Below are positions 38,888-51,896 of a DNA stretch of 64,000 bases, in pieces. A model generated the notes under the pieces. It was given only the letters and a program-made list of their open reading frames with translations, did not search any database and was not told the DNA's origin. Each line of letters starts with the position of its first letter. Within the stretch, counting starts at the first letter, position 1. The DNA is from Podarcis gaigeae (Eukaryota): NCBI GenBank assembly GCA_964106915.2, contig OZ066917.1. One strand, given 5' to 3'. The position numbers and the translations under genes are program-made.

Positions 38888-39298
38888 CAGTTCCTTCCAC
38901 ATAGACCATGGTGCCTTCCGAGCGCTTGCGGGTCATTGCGTACCAAGTGCCATCAGGGTCCTGAATCCACTCTGCTGCCTCGCAGTAAAACTCGCCTTCA
39001 TCAGAAGACTGCAGGTTGTAGATTGTAAGCTTGGACTGAGTTTCGCCTACTTTATCCAGGCGGATATCTCCACTGGCGTGCCGCTGGGTGTAATCACTTC
39101 CCGCACGCAATACGAAATCCCGGCTGAGGGAGATCACCTCCACGGCAGGCTCGTCTGCTTTCCGTCGATACCAGGCGATAGAAATATGGCTGTGCTGCAC
39201 GGTACTCTTGGATACCTCACACTTTAGCTCCAGAGAATCATGTTGCACTTTGTTTAGGGTCTGGGCTTCTGAGGTCACTCTCAGGGAGTCAGGAATAA
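38888..39298 (-). CDS. IGSF3: IGSF3 coding exon, Ig-V domain 2 (VIPDSLRVTSEAQ...YCEAAEWIQDPDGTWYAMTRKRSEGTMVYVEGT)
   Basis: Acceptor ctgcag|TTATT and donor ACTG|gttagt on the minus strand. 411 nt, phase 1-1. Has the Cys...Trp...DxGxYxC Ig-V signature and the EWI motif, and closely matches recalled human IGSF3 Ig2. Confidence 0.96.
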
Positions 39299-40263
39299 CT
39301 GCAGTAGAGAGACAGAGAAAGGACAAAAGTTAACATCTGGTGCTTAATGGGTCTTATATAGAGGATTATGCGCAGCAAATAAAAGTTAAGACTTTACAAA
39401 GCAATATGAATATAGTTTCACATTTAGATCTCTAAAGGGAAAGCCCTCAGTGGGACTGTAGCTCAAATAGGAGAGTCCGTTATCACCTCGGATCGAGGAG
39501 GTGGAATCCATGATCATTCAGATGTTGTGGGAGTCCAACTCCCATCACTTCCAGCCACAGATGATGGTAATTGCAGCCAAACAACAACTGAACAGTGAGA
39601 GGCTCCCCATCCCTGGGGAAGTCCTGGGATCGATACCCAACATCTCCGATTACAGGCATCTGTGGCAGGGACAGGAAAGGTTCTCCTTGTAGGTTTTCCA
39701 TGGACATCTGGTTGGCTACTGTGAGAACAGAATACATCCCAAGATGGGTCTTTGACTTGATCCAGGAGGCTCTTATATTCTCAGGTTCTGAATACCAGAG
39801 TTGGCATTGTTGAATATTATGGACAGCTTGTCTGAGACAATCTTATATCAAGCCACATTTAATCCTCAAGTCTTTTTCTCCAAAGCTGTTAGCAAATACA
39901 GAGCACTGTCTGCATATCTCCACTGGCAAATGAATCAAAATACTAAACCAGTGTGTGCACACAGCACCTCATTGCTACTGCAGAACTTAAGAGAGCCCAC
40001 TTACTCTTAGAGATTTATTTTATGATTTTATGAAACTTAACTGTAATCTTTAAAATTCCAATTATGTTCTCAAACCTTCAAAAGGAACTCTTTCCAGAAT
40101 TTTCTTTTTAACATTTATACTACCTTAGCTAGGTTTTCTTTCTTTCATCTTTCTCCAATAAAGCCATGAGATCAAATCTATCTCCTTTTTGCTTATGTCC
40201 TTTCATTATTTAACAATGCCTGTGAGCATAATTAAGATGCTGCACTCACAGGAAACCTATCTA

Positions 40264-40505
40264 CAGTGGTACCTCGGGTTACATATGCTTCAGGTTATAT
40301 ATGCTTCAGGTTACACACTCCACTAACCCAGAAATAGTGCTTCAGGTTAAGAACTTTGCTTCAGGATAAGAACAGAAATCGTGCTCCGGCGGCGCGGCGG
40401 CAGCAGGAGGCCCCATTAGCTAAAGTGGTGCTTCAGATTAAGAACAGTTTCAGGTTAAGAACGGACCTCCGGAATGAATTAAGTACTTAACCCGAGGTAC
40501 CACTG
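40264..40505. mobile_element. Tigger-like MITE, family A
   Basis: TIR CAGTGGTACCTCGGGTT...AACCCGAGGTACCACTG with TA TSD. Confidence 0.92.
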
Positions 40506-41389
40506 TACTGCAAAGAGAGAAAAATACAAAATCAAGTATATATTCCTGCAATTTATGGGATTGGCTGTAGAAGATATGCTAGCACCCTCCAGATGCTGTT
40601 TCTTGCATGCAGGGATTTTGAGGCCATCACTATTTTTTGTTGATATGGCATCAGCAAACATTCGTCTTGTTGGAAGACCTGAGTGACAATTGAGGATTAC
40701 ACTTCTGATGAAGTAAACTGTGGTCACAGAAAGCTTAGGCCATGGGGATACTTTTACACATTCAAAATCCACCTTGAGTCGGTGGAACATTATAGAGTAT
40801 TTTTTAATTTTGTAATTGAACAGCAAACACTAGCAATATGCTGTCTTGGGACTAATTCTGGTGTGCAAAAATATATTTATATTTTCAAACAGAATATAGT
40901 GCATTTGGTTTTCTTTTCTCCCTACACTTTGCAGGATGTGTCATGTGCACCCATTTCCCCTATTTGGATTATTAATAAATTCATCAGGCTGCAACTCAAT
41001 ATTTTACCCATGATTCTCACATAATATTTAAAGCCAACTATGAATAATTTCAAAAGCAGATTAGATCTCTTCTGCCCTGCAGCCATGACACTCGCTTCAA
41101 ACTTAAAGAAAATAAATAAATCAATTAAGTCAGATGCAAAATCTGTACAGCAGCATATGGCATTACTTCACTGATCTCTCGACTGATACATTAAAAGGAC
41201 AGTAAAACTGAACAATATGTGGCTTTCCACAACCCAAGAGACATTTCCATCCTGGAATACAGAACTGCTTTGGACTCAACCCTTTGCTTTGCCTTTGTGA
41301 AGATAACTTATATGCAGAAACGTTCTACTGGAACTTGTGAATGGGTTCCTAGATTCCTGGTGAGTCGTAAACTGCACAGAATCCAAGTA

Positions 41390-41612
41390 CAGTCATACCT
41401 TGGGTTGCGAAGGTGATTCGTGCGAGAGGCACGTTCGCAACCCACAACGCTGCGTCTGCACATGCACGTGACGCGATTTTGTGCTTCTGCACATGACGTC
41501 ATTTTATGCTTCTGCGCATGCGCCGAAACCCGGAAGTAACCTGTTCCGGTACTTCCGGGTTTGGCACAGTCCGCAACCTGAAAACGCACAACCCGCAGCG
41601 TTCGTATGACTG
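41390..41612. mobile_element. Tigger-like MITE, family B
   Basis: TA-CAGTCATAC...GTATGACTG-TA, CpG-rich interior with a ccggaagta/tacttccgg palindrome. Confidence 0.8.
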
Positions 41613-43686
41613 TATTGTTACGTCTAACAGCAAACTCTGATTCTAAGTACCAAGAAGTTTGGATAAAATAAGTAAACAAACAGGATTCCACCAAAAATGG
41701 AGCTACCAAGACAGAGGTATTGGCATGTTCTGGGGAACCACGGCATTTACAGAAAGACATTAAAAAAATAAGAATGAACTTAAGGGGAACCCCTCCCCGA
41801 GCAAAAAACCCCAGCCCAGCGAAAATGGTTGTGGATCAGAGATAAATGGAAAACCAGTGAGAGTGGGGTGACCAGCTCAAAAAGAATGGCAGGCCAGAAG
41901 CCTGAACAGGAACATTCTCATTAGGATTGAAGACACTGCAAACTTTTGGTTTCATGTCTCACTCATACATATCTATATATTTGATGGTATTTAAGGAAGG
42001 CTCAGATCTAGTCCAACAAGTTGTCTACTAAATAGTGATCACCTGATTAGTGTTTAAATGGGTCAAAAGCTACAAACAGGAGGTACATTAGGGATAGCAG
42101 GAGAGGGAAAAGGGAGGTCATCTGCTTTCAATGAAATAAACTGAAAAACCACTAACCGGCTGATAAATCATATGACTAACAAAGGACCTTTCCCATCCAG
42201 AACACAGTATTGTGTGGCCCAATTCTGCAGAACACCCTCAAGGCTGAGATCAGACAGCCTTGTTGAACTTTTAAAGTAAGCTTTTCTGATTCTGTGGTTA
42301 TTGTTAACTGATTTTTTCCTTATGTATTTATTCCATAGCCTCAGAATCTACAGTGTTCGGTGATATGTAAAACGTCGAAATAAATTAATAAACATGACAC
42401 AAGCCCCTCTGAAGTGAATGAGACGGGCAGAGCTGAGGAATCTTTCTGGACAGCTCTCATTCATTTGAATGGGTTTTCAGTGGAAGATGTCCCCACTTTA
42501 CTAAGCTTGTGAGCCACCAGAGAAAGTGGGACATGGGCAGCAAGCAAGCTTTTGATGGGAAAGAGGCAGGAAAGGGAGAGCAGAGCAGATTGGAAGCCCC
42601 CTTTAACCACAAGCTTCAAAAGAGCTAAACCAGACAGCACTTTAACACTTGAGATATTAAGGAAAGCTGAAAATACAGATGCTGCTGCTATTTTCAGTCT
42701 GATTAGGCGAAAGGAGGATTAGTACTTTTGTGGAGACAAGACAAGGGGAGGGAGACGGGCCATGCTGTTCTTCTGTTAAAGACCCGAGTCCACATTAAGA
42801 ATGTTTGACAGCTTTTGTAACGTTTGAGGTTACCAGTAGGTGGAGTCAAGGTAGAAAAGATTGTAATTAAGCAAAGAGATTCAAGTAGAACCGCAAGAAG
42901 GAATTAACACAAATGAGAGAAATGGCCTTTTTTTTAATACAGCTAACCACTTTTATTTTCCTTAGAAAAATCTCTTTTAAAAGTAGCACCCAAGAAAGAA
43001 AACCTGTGTGCACTCTGAAAATACGCTATATGAATTATTAGCCTCATTTTAGAGCCAGATAAATAAAATTATGTCATGGTATATATATTTCCACATTTGC
43101 ATGGAGAAAATGCAGCCCGAATATTGAGAATCATTAAAAAGAATTGAGAATACAGAGGAAGAGGATAAAAAGGGAAGCTGTTATACAAGGAAGAAGTGAC
43201 TCTAAAAGGAGCACAGAGAAGGGCTAAAAGACAGGAATAGCATGCAAGTTAAGTGTGAAAGGAGACGAAAGAATAGAAGGAGGAACAAAATTACTTTGAG
43301 AGGCATGTGTGTGGGGAGAACACTTAAAATAAAAAGGCATCCCCCCAACAGAGAAGCAAATTCTGCCCAAAATGAGGCTTAATTCACAATACCTCCAAGA
43401 GCCAATGTTTATACTTAGCATTAAGAAAGCTGAACTCCCTTGCCAGAAAGAAATTACAAAAGAATCTAGCAATTCTGAAAGAAATATTAGACATCAAAGA
43501 AAATGTAATAATTGCCAGCTGAGTATGCTAACTTCAACCTCTGCTCCCCTTTACAAACATTTTGCAGCTGGAAATTTTAACCATCTCATGTGGGCCCTTG
43601 GATAGGTTTTGAGAACCCCCTGGTTCATGGCTTACTGTTGCACTAGAATTTGGCTGATGAGAAATCAAACTATAAGGTAGGGGGGG

Positions 43687-43933
43687 TGTTATGTACTGAA
43701 GTTCTCACCCTGGGCCAGCAGGGGGATACTGTAGATGGTTATGCAAATAAGGGATCGAAAGTGACGTTCAGTGATTGGATAGTTTTAGAAAATTGTTACA
43801 GTTACATTGTACTGGAGCTCTATATAAGCAGGTTGACTGAACCCTTCAGTTCAGTTCTGTTCTGGCCTGTGAATAAACAAGAGTTGTTTGAAGAATCGCT
43901 GTGTCGTCTGATATGTTCACCCACAACTTAACA
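43687..43933 (+). mobile_element. Solo LTR (Gypsy-like)
   Basis: TG...CA ends (TGTTA...TAACA) with GGGG on both flanks. TATATAA at 43821 and AATAAA at 43872. Confidence 0.85.
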
Positions 43934-46900
43934 GGGGAGGTGATGGATACCTTGCCCCTCTGCATTGTCACCTCTCTGCCAATCATGGCTGAGTCGCAGA
44001 AGAGCAGTGGGAGGGGGGAGGAATGAGATAGATTAGTGAGAAGCACACATTCATGCAAACAAAACAAGAGAAACACCAAATAAGAGCCTAGTGGAATATC
44101 ATCCCAGACAGGTCACATGAAAATCACTCATGGTGCAGAAAGAGGGGGTTAAGAAAGGATTCCTTGCATGCATATGCATACACAGGGGAAGCAAGAGCTA
44201 AAGAAGTAAAGATGTTTCCACCTTAAAAACAATTAAAGGAATTTCCTAGAGTCACTAAACATTAGCAAAGTGCAACTTGTTAAAGGTAATTAACACATAT
44301 TCTCATTAACCTTACATTTCTTTGTGCTCTGATGAATTATAAATGATATGGAAGTTCATTCTGCTTTTAGTTGCAATAAAATACACCTATGAATTCTTTC
44401 AACATATAGATGACTAATGCACTTTTTATACCAGAGATTAAAGCATCCTTTAAATGTCTAAAGAGAGTCAGAGAGACATGAGCGTGTGGGGGCTGAGGGA
44501 GGGGGAGAAATAATTAGTATAAGTTGCTTTAACTTGTTTTTAATCCCCCCAGTGATTAATTTTTTTAAACATCGGTAATCCTGTAATTTTGCTGTATATC
44601 ATTTGCTGACAAGTTTTCCAATTGGAGATTAACCTTTTCTACGGGAATGTTTACTGTTGGGGCTTCTCTTCAGGAACCATGAGAAAACTATAGTTCTATA
44701 CAGGAGAAATGAAATACAATCCTCTACTTGGCTACTCAGAAGTAAGCCTCACTGAATTCAATGGGATTTGCTCTAGCAAAGTGTGTATAGTATTGCAGCC
44801 TTAAATCCCTAACATACATTCTTTTGGGCCATCAATAAAGCCACATTTTTCAGTGCTCTCTGAGGAAGCGTTTAGTTTATATATATGAAACTTTCCCTAC
44901 CCTGCTGGCTTCCAGATGTTTTGCACTGGAAACTCCACAGCCATGCTGGCAGGGGCCAATGGGGTTTGAAATCCAAAACACCTGGAGGGCACCAGATTCC
45001 GGGGGGCTGACTGGATAAGTATATATATTTATGTATAAACACACGCGTAAAACTATAAATTACACAGAAGGGCGCTTCCGGTTACGGAGTTTTCAGGATG
45101 CGGCCAGGCCTCCGGAATGGATCCTGTTCATAACAGGAGGTACCATTGTATTTGTATTTGTCTAAAAACTAATACTAAAACTAAATTTACTAAATACTAA
45201 AACAAAAACTAAATTTGTTTTCGTTTTTAAGAAAACAGTTTATTGTTGTAACTATTTAACGCAAACACTATGGTAATCTTTGCCTCAAGCTATTGAACCC
45301 AAACTTACTACACAGATTATTTTGTAGCACAAATATTTAAATGACATATTTAAGAGCAGTATAGTGCATCTTTCACTTATTAGCAACTGTTTTAGCTCTT
45401 AAAAAGAAAAAGAAAAAACCAAGAACACTATTCTTTTAAGTTTACAGAGTTTACTTCAAACAGAAGAAACTTTGCAGTTTATTATAAATTTCTACTGTCC
45501 TGCTACAGCAGAATACTTTGTAGTTTATTAGATTTACGGAAGGGGATAAAAATTAACTGGCTGCTCCTGTACAGGAGTACTGCTGATAAAGCCTCGATCA
45601 CAACAGCATCTTGTTTGTGTTTTAATGATTGTGTCAAATGATTAGATTGAAATAAATGCATCTGCCAAAGCAACTGGATGTGGTCAAATGGCTGAGGAAA
45701 AGGGGGATGGGCAACTGACTGAACCTTTCTTTTCAGACAGGAAATTAGGTCAGCTTTCTGACTCAAGGCCTTGGAAGGAGTTACTCCTCCCATGATGTTA
45801 CAATCCGTTAGTCATGCACTATACCTGATCCACATGCTCATTTAACACAATTAAATCAACCATATCCAGCATTTACAAGAGTGCATTATAATCTGATGCT
45901 GCTAAAAAACATTACGGCACCAGAATACAGCAGATGCTTGAAGCAGACCCTAATCTGCATAAGACCCTTGTTGGTGGAAGCTTGGGGAAACAGTATGAAC
46001 ACAATAAGAAGGGACTATGGATCAGCATCTGTTGCAAGACTGGCTGGGCTTTGTGGGATTCACCCAGCAAACTTCTGCTTTCTGTATAAGGCACAGGGGA
46101 AGCACTTTCTATGAATAAACACAGCTTATTCAGAAGCTATAAGGCAACTGCTCCACTGGGAAATCGAGGCTCCAAACAAACGGCAAGCAACACCAAGAAA
46201 GCGGACAGTTAGCTTGGCATCAATACCACCAGCAATAAATAATCATCTTTGTAACAAGATTTGGAACTTTTTCACGGCACTGTTTATGGTGAATACAAAT
46301 ATGTGTTTGGAATGCTCCCACTAGAGGAGCAAGATCATGGGCATTATATCTTTCAAGCTAGGCTTGTTTGTGTGCGTACCTGCCTTTGCCAACCTGGCTC
46401 CTTCCAGATGTTTTGGACTACAACTCCTATCAGTGCCAGCCAGCAAATCCATGGGAGTTGTAGCCCAAAACATCTGGAATGTACCAGGATGGCAAAGACG
46501 GGTGTATATACAATGGACAGCACATATTTTGAGATAGCCAGGCCTTCTTGAATAAAATATTAAAAGATAAATTTATAGCTAACATTTCCTATCTCAGTGG
46601 TAGCCACAAATGATATACGTGGGCCAGGACTGGATCATAAACTGGCAACACCTCCTCTGGAGTTAAGATGATTATCTCTGATGGGGACACTCACGAATCA
46701 CACTGGCAACTTGCCAAGAGCCCAAGGGCTCTAGCTAAGCATGTTTAATGAGAAAATAAATGCATGCAGCTTGAATTCTGGCTTTTTTCCAATGCCTACC
46801 TTGATATACAAATAGAAGTCTCTCAACTAGGAAATGCGGGGGGTGGGAGAGAGAGAGAGAATCCTCACAGTTCATTAGTTAATGCTGAAATGAACAGTTA

Positions 46901-48719
46901 CGTGATAAAAGTACCTTGCTAATGATCTATGGCCTAGTTTCTTGTGTAATGTACTGGACATATAGTTAAATGTGCCACACCCAGGAGATTATGTTGTTTT
47001 CCCCCTCATCAGTGTCTGTACCTCTGAGGCACATTAAGATCTCCTGCCATCTGTCAAGCCCATAACCAACATTCTTGGGCCAAAGTCTGCCTATTATCCT
47101 GCTGATGAGCAATATCTGTGCTTCATGCTCCAGCCCATTTTCCAGACAGCTTCTGAAATTTGTGTCAGAAAGCTTTGGGAGGCAGAGTATCAACACTTAC
47201 AATTTTACCTGTTCCCAACTCAATATAACCTTCAATATTGAATCCTAAATAGGGCTGTCAGTCGATTAAAGAAACCTTAGTGGATTAGTTGTATGAACTT
47301 TAGTTGGTTAATCAATCTAATTAATTTAATTACCCCACTGCTGGGGCAGACAAGTTGGAGAGTGATATTGTGCTCATTTTCTGCCTTTGGGCTTCCCATA
47401 TGCCTATGGTTTGTTACCAAGAAAGCAGAATACTGGAGTAGAGAAGCTTTTGGTCTGATCCACCAAAGCTTATCTTTATGGTCTCAAATGTGCATATGAA
47501 ACAACTCTGAAACAAAAAAGCTCGCCTTTGGTTAAGATGATATGTACTGTGATAAACGCGTGCATTTTCTAAAAATAGATATTCCTTCCTACGAAGGAAA
47601 AGGGAATACTACCTCTTTTAAGATAGTGGTCAGCATAGGTAATATTTCTTTCTTTTTTTACATCTGTTATTACTATTTAAAAAAATTAATCAAGGCATTG
47701 TTAATTGACTAAAAGTTAGGAAAAACAACAACAATTGAATAATGCGGTGCTACTCTGAAAACTATCTCCTCAGGGTAAAGGTGTCTGCTTATATGGATAT
47801 GGAATGAGTTTGGTGACCACAGGTTAAGTCCTCAATAACAAAACTGGAGATAAGAGAAATATGTGGGATGGCAGTGGGAATATGTGGGAACTTGGCCCTT
47901 AAATAAAAGTGTCCAAATATTTTTAAATGGACAGGTGTATACCATGAACAAATGGAGACAAAGGCTCTCAAGGGGAAAAAATTAAGCAGCAGCCTAGGAG
48001 CCTACTCCTAGGGGCTGGTCTCTTTGCCCCCCCCCCCAAAGTATTTGACAGGGACAGGCCCCCTAAAAAGGTGATGGGCATTGCTCTTAAAATGGCATGT
48101 ACACGCCACATCTTGTAATCGATTAGGCAGGGTGGTACCTCCCCCCCCTATTTTATTCAAGTAGGCACTCCTGAGCAGCAGGAGATCCCTCCAGAAACAA
48201 CTTAAAGTGTTTTATCCACAGAGGAACATCCCGTTTAACAAGGAAACTGGCTTTCAAACCTACATACACTTTCACAAGATCTGTCCATTCTGAAAGAGGA
48301 AAGATTAGTGCAAATGTGACTCTACAGTATTAAGAAACATAGCAAGCTAGCTAGCTTTACTAGAAGGTGTATGTCCTTGAAGTCTCCTCTGTGTGGGAAA
48401 GAGGAGAAGACAGAGTGAAAATCACGCTGAGAATACTGGGGGTGGGGGAAACTGAAGAGTGCATATACACTTAATGTAAGCTTGTTAAAATATTTTCGTT
48501 CTAATATTTTTGTTTAAAACTTGAATATTTTAACGCAACATATAATGATATGAACATATGTTATCTCAATTACAGTTTTCTGACTCACAAATTCAGCGCT
48601 TGGAGGGTTCTTCCTTCATGCCCACTGCCAATTTTGGCAGCTCAGAAAAAAAAATATTTTCTTTCTATACCGATTACATAATTTGTTATTCTCCTCCTGG
48701 ATGAGGGAATGTGGAACAC

Positions 48720-48765
<46 letters not shown>
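48720..48765. repeat. (ATT)n microsatellite
   Basis: Direct inspection. Confidence 0.95.
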
Positions 48766-48850
48766 TACAAGCTTGCAATCAAAATTTAGAATGTAGCAGG
48801 GCAGAGAGGAATGTAAGAAGCAAAGCTATGAATATGAATCAAGGCTAAGG

Positions 48851-48974
48851 CAGGGATGGAGAACCTGCAGCCGCCTGGATGTTGCTGGAATACAACTCCC
48901 ATCGTGCCTCATGGGTCATGCTGGTGCTAATGGGGCTTGGAGTTCAGCAACGAGCCACAAGCTCCCCATTCCTG
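48851..48974. mobile_element. Palindromic hAT MITE (diverged)
   Basis: CAGGGATGG...CCATTCCTG ends, TSD GGCTAAGG/GACTAAGG. Further degenerate copies near 38250, 39500, 44900, 46380, 50500 and 56800. Confidence 0.75.
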
Positions 48975-49455
48975 GACTAAGGGATTAAGTCAGGGGCTTT
49001 ATGAAATGATTCAGTTTTGGGGGGAAAGGTTGAAGGAGACTGAAAGGTCACATCATATCGTATTCTGGGAAGCAGTTTTAGTGAAAAGGGGCAGGAAATG
49101 AGTGGAGTTGTAAGGCAGTAGGAGACTGAGGCTCCCAAAGTTGGAAAAAACTGAAAATCATAACTGCAGATAGTTCAAGGTACCAGGCTAGGTAGAGTTT
49201 TTTAAGGACAAGACAGTGTTTGTACAGGAGGGAGAGGGAGGAGAAGGCAAGACATGGTAAAGGGTTTTGAAAGGACAAAGGTGAGATCTGAGGGATAAGG
49301 GATAACTGATTTTGGCAACAGAATTATAGAAGTTTTGTAACTTTCACTCCAGGTAGGACCACCTTGCTACTTGTTTAATGGCTTTTTGTTGCATTCTAAA
49401 TAGCTTCCTATGAGCCCAGCTTCAGCTGACAGGTTAAGTTGAACAATGACAGCAC

Positions 49456-49456
49456 C

Positions 49457-49488
<32 letters not shown>

Positions 49489-49571
49489 TTCCAGTAGCAC
49501 CTTAAAGACCAACTAAGTCAGTTCTTGGTATGAGCTTTCGTGTGCATGCACACTTCTTCAGATACACTGTA
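49456..49571 (-). mobile_element. Short Penelope-like element fragment with 11-bp TSD
   Basis: A-tract followed by tccttccagtagcaccttaaagaccaactaag...gagctttcgtgtgcatgcacacttcttcagatac, typical of reptile Penelope termini. Flanked by the direct repeat AATGACAGCAC (49445-49455 and 49572-49582). Confidence 0.8.
49528..49565 (-). ncRNA. Minimal type-I hammerhead ribozyme motif (Penelope-associated)
   Basis: Minus strand reads GUAU-CUGAAGA-A-GUGUG(CAUG)CACAC-GAAA-GC-UC-AUAC. This gives stem I GUAU/AUAC, core CUGANGA...GAAA, a 5-bp stem II, a palindromic AGCU in place of stem III, and a UC cleavage site. Confidence 0.7.
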
Positions 49572-49974
49572 AATGACAGCACATGGGGGAGTGACAGAAT
49601 GGGGAGGAGAAAAACAGCTGTGATCTTGTGATAATGAGGGCAGGGTGTCAACGATGTGGATGGATATTTTCAAGCAAAGGTAGCTAACCCTCCTGGACAG
49701 AAAGAAAAATTACAGAAAACCTGTTTTAGCCTCTATATCAGCTTGCACCTCAAGTCCAAATGCCATTCAACCTGTTGGAGAAATAAAACTACGCTACACA
49801 CATGGCAGCTTCCTTTTTCCTGCTTAAGTATTGCAAGTAAGAAAATGATTCTGAGAGCAAGGAACATAGCATCTTTAACAGCATTCTCTTCTATTACATT
49901 AATCTGCAGTTCTTACTGTAATAGAACCACCAGTAGACTTTACAGCCAGATGAGGTTTGAAGGGCATAGGAGAG

Positions 49975-50440
49975 TTGTCAACATCCATCTGTCTTAAAGA
50001 GACAATGGAGTGCGCTTCCGGGGGTGAAGCCGAACTGCTGCGTTGGCAGCACCGAAGTGACCTTCCCAGGGCACAAGCCTGGGCAGTATGTACAGAGGTC
50101 CTGAGCTGCTCAGATGACAAGACCTCCCCGCTCCGATGGCCTCGCTGATGTGGTCCAAAGGAAAGCAGAGCAATAACTTTTGCAACAGCTTGACTGCAGG
50201 AGTTGGCAGGAGGAGGTGTACAAGGTGCCATCCAACCATTTTAGGGGCTCTATTCTGCTTTTGTGTAGGGTTTACTCCTTAGCCTTTTCTTCTCCCAAAG
50301 ATATCCCACAAGGCAGCAGAGGTTTAATATCAGAATTTTCCTTCTCTTAGATGGGCTACAGTCCCAGGTTGATGAGCCCCTCTGCCCCTCACTTCCCTCT
50401 ACAGCAGGTGCAGAAACTGCCTTCTTGACCGCTGGACATA
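49975..50440 (-). mobile_element. Non-autonomous RTE-related retroelement (5'-UTR-like)
   Basis: Minus-strand motif ggggctcatcaacctggg...cccatctaagagaaggaaaa, recalled as typical of RTE 5' UTRs. The family assignment is unverified. Confidence 0.5.
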
Positions 50441-50666
50441 TCTAACCTGGCCATTTCTTTATTTTATTTTGTCTATATAGATCATCCTTTCACAACTTCT
50501 AGCTGATTTGGACTACAGCTCCTAATACCTGAGACCATTGGCCATGTGGCTGGAGTAGATGCCCAATAAAACAGGAGAGGCATCAAGTTGGGTTGAGGAG
50601 CATCAAATCAATTGTCCATCTTGTGCAGGCAGAAATCTTCCCAGGGACTGAGCCTGGAAATGCCAC

Positions 50667-50716
<50 letters not shown>

Positions 50717-51262
50717 TAATCTTCTAGGTGGAAGAAATATAATCATAGTGACAGCGGATCAACACTGTTGGAGAGGTTGAAACACAGCCACTACCCAATA
50801 TACTCTTCATTTTATAAGCCACCTAGACTATGATTCCTAGAGGATTCATTGCAGTGGCACAGCCCACACTAGCTTTTGTCTACCATAAAATAAAAAGTTT
50901 GGGAAAGGATGCATCGGAAATAGTTATGGTATTGAAAATTAGTTTCTGGAGGTACATGAAATAAAATGAAGCCAATGCCCCTGCCTTTTCTTTCCCTAAT
51001 TGATTGAAAAAAATGTTCTTGAAAAAAACAGCAGCATACACAAGCCTTTTACAATAGCTAGTTATAGAGCTTTCTCAGCCTCCACAAACATTTTTATTTT
51101 ATTGTGTTAACAGTGAGATTCCTTCATTCTCATTATTTTTGTTGAACCACCAGGACGGGTAAAAAAATTCCATGGTGAGTACGAGGATTCTATTATTTTC
51201 TGCTATGATTTTTAAATAAGCACAGATGAGTATTCTAAACTCTTTCCTGCTTCTCCCACCTT

Positions 51263-51512
51263 AGAAGAAGAAGAGTTTGGATTTGATATCCCGCCTTTCA
51301 CTCCCCTTAAGGAGTCTCAAAGCGGCTAACATTCTCCTTTCCCTTCCTCCCCCACAACAAACACTCTGTGAGTTGAGTGGGGCTGAGAGACTTCAAAGAA
51401 GTGTGACTGGCCCAAGGCCACCCAGCAGCTGCATGTGGAGGAGCGGAGACGCGAACCCGGTTCCCCAGATTACGAGACTACCGCTCTTAACCACTACACC
51501 ATACTGGCTCTC
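51263..51512 (-). mobile_element. Squam3-type tRNA-derived SINE
   Basis: Minus-strand head GAGAGCCAGTATGGTGTAGTGGTTAAGAGCGG...GGGTTCGCGTCTCC, CORE-like body, (CTT)n tail. Confidence 0.8.
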
Positions 51513-51896
51513 TTAGGCAGTCAACCTTTGTTGATAATAGTTCCTACATTTATCTCGAGCTGTACCACTCAACCAATCTTAGAAGCGAAGATGAAAAGTT
51601 CTATTAATTTAAAAACAAAGGAGGAAGTTAGCCTTATCAGGCAAATTGTCCTAAGCTTCATAATGAGCCTTAGTCCTGCAATGCCACAAAGGGGGGGGGG
51701 ACCATTTTTGTACACAGTCTACAATTTTATTCCTGTGCAATACCAATTAATGCTAGTATTCTGCAGATCTGCAGCTTAGCAATTACCTGGTCTAAGTGTA
51801 AATTTCTGCCCCCCTTGCAGTAAGTTATAAAAGCCTTCTTGCACATGAGTCTAATGAGATTTTTCGGTTATGTTTTTTAAGCACCTCTTCTACAGC

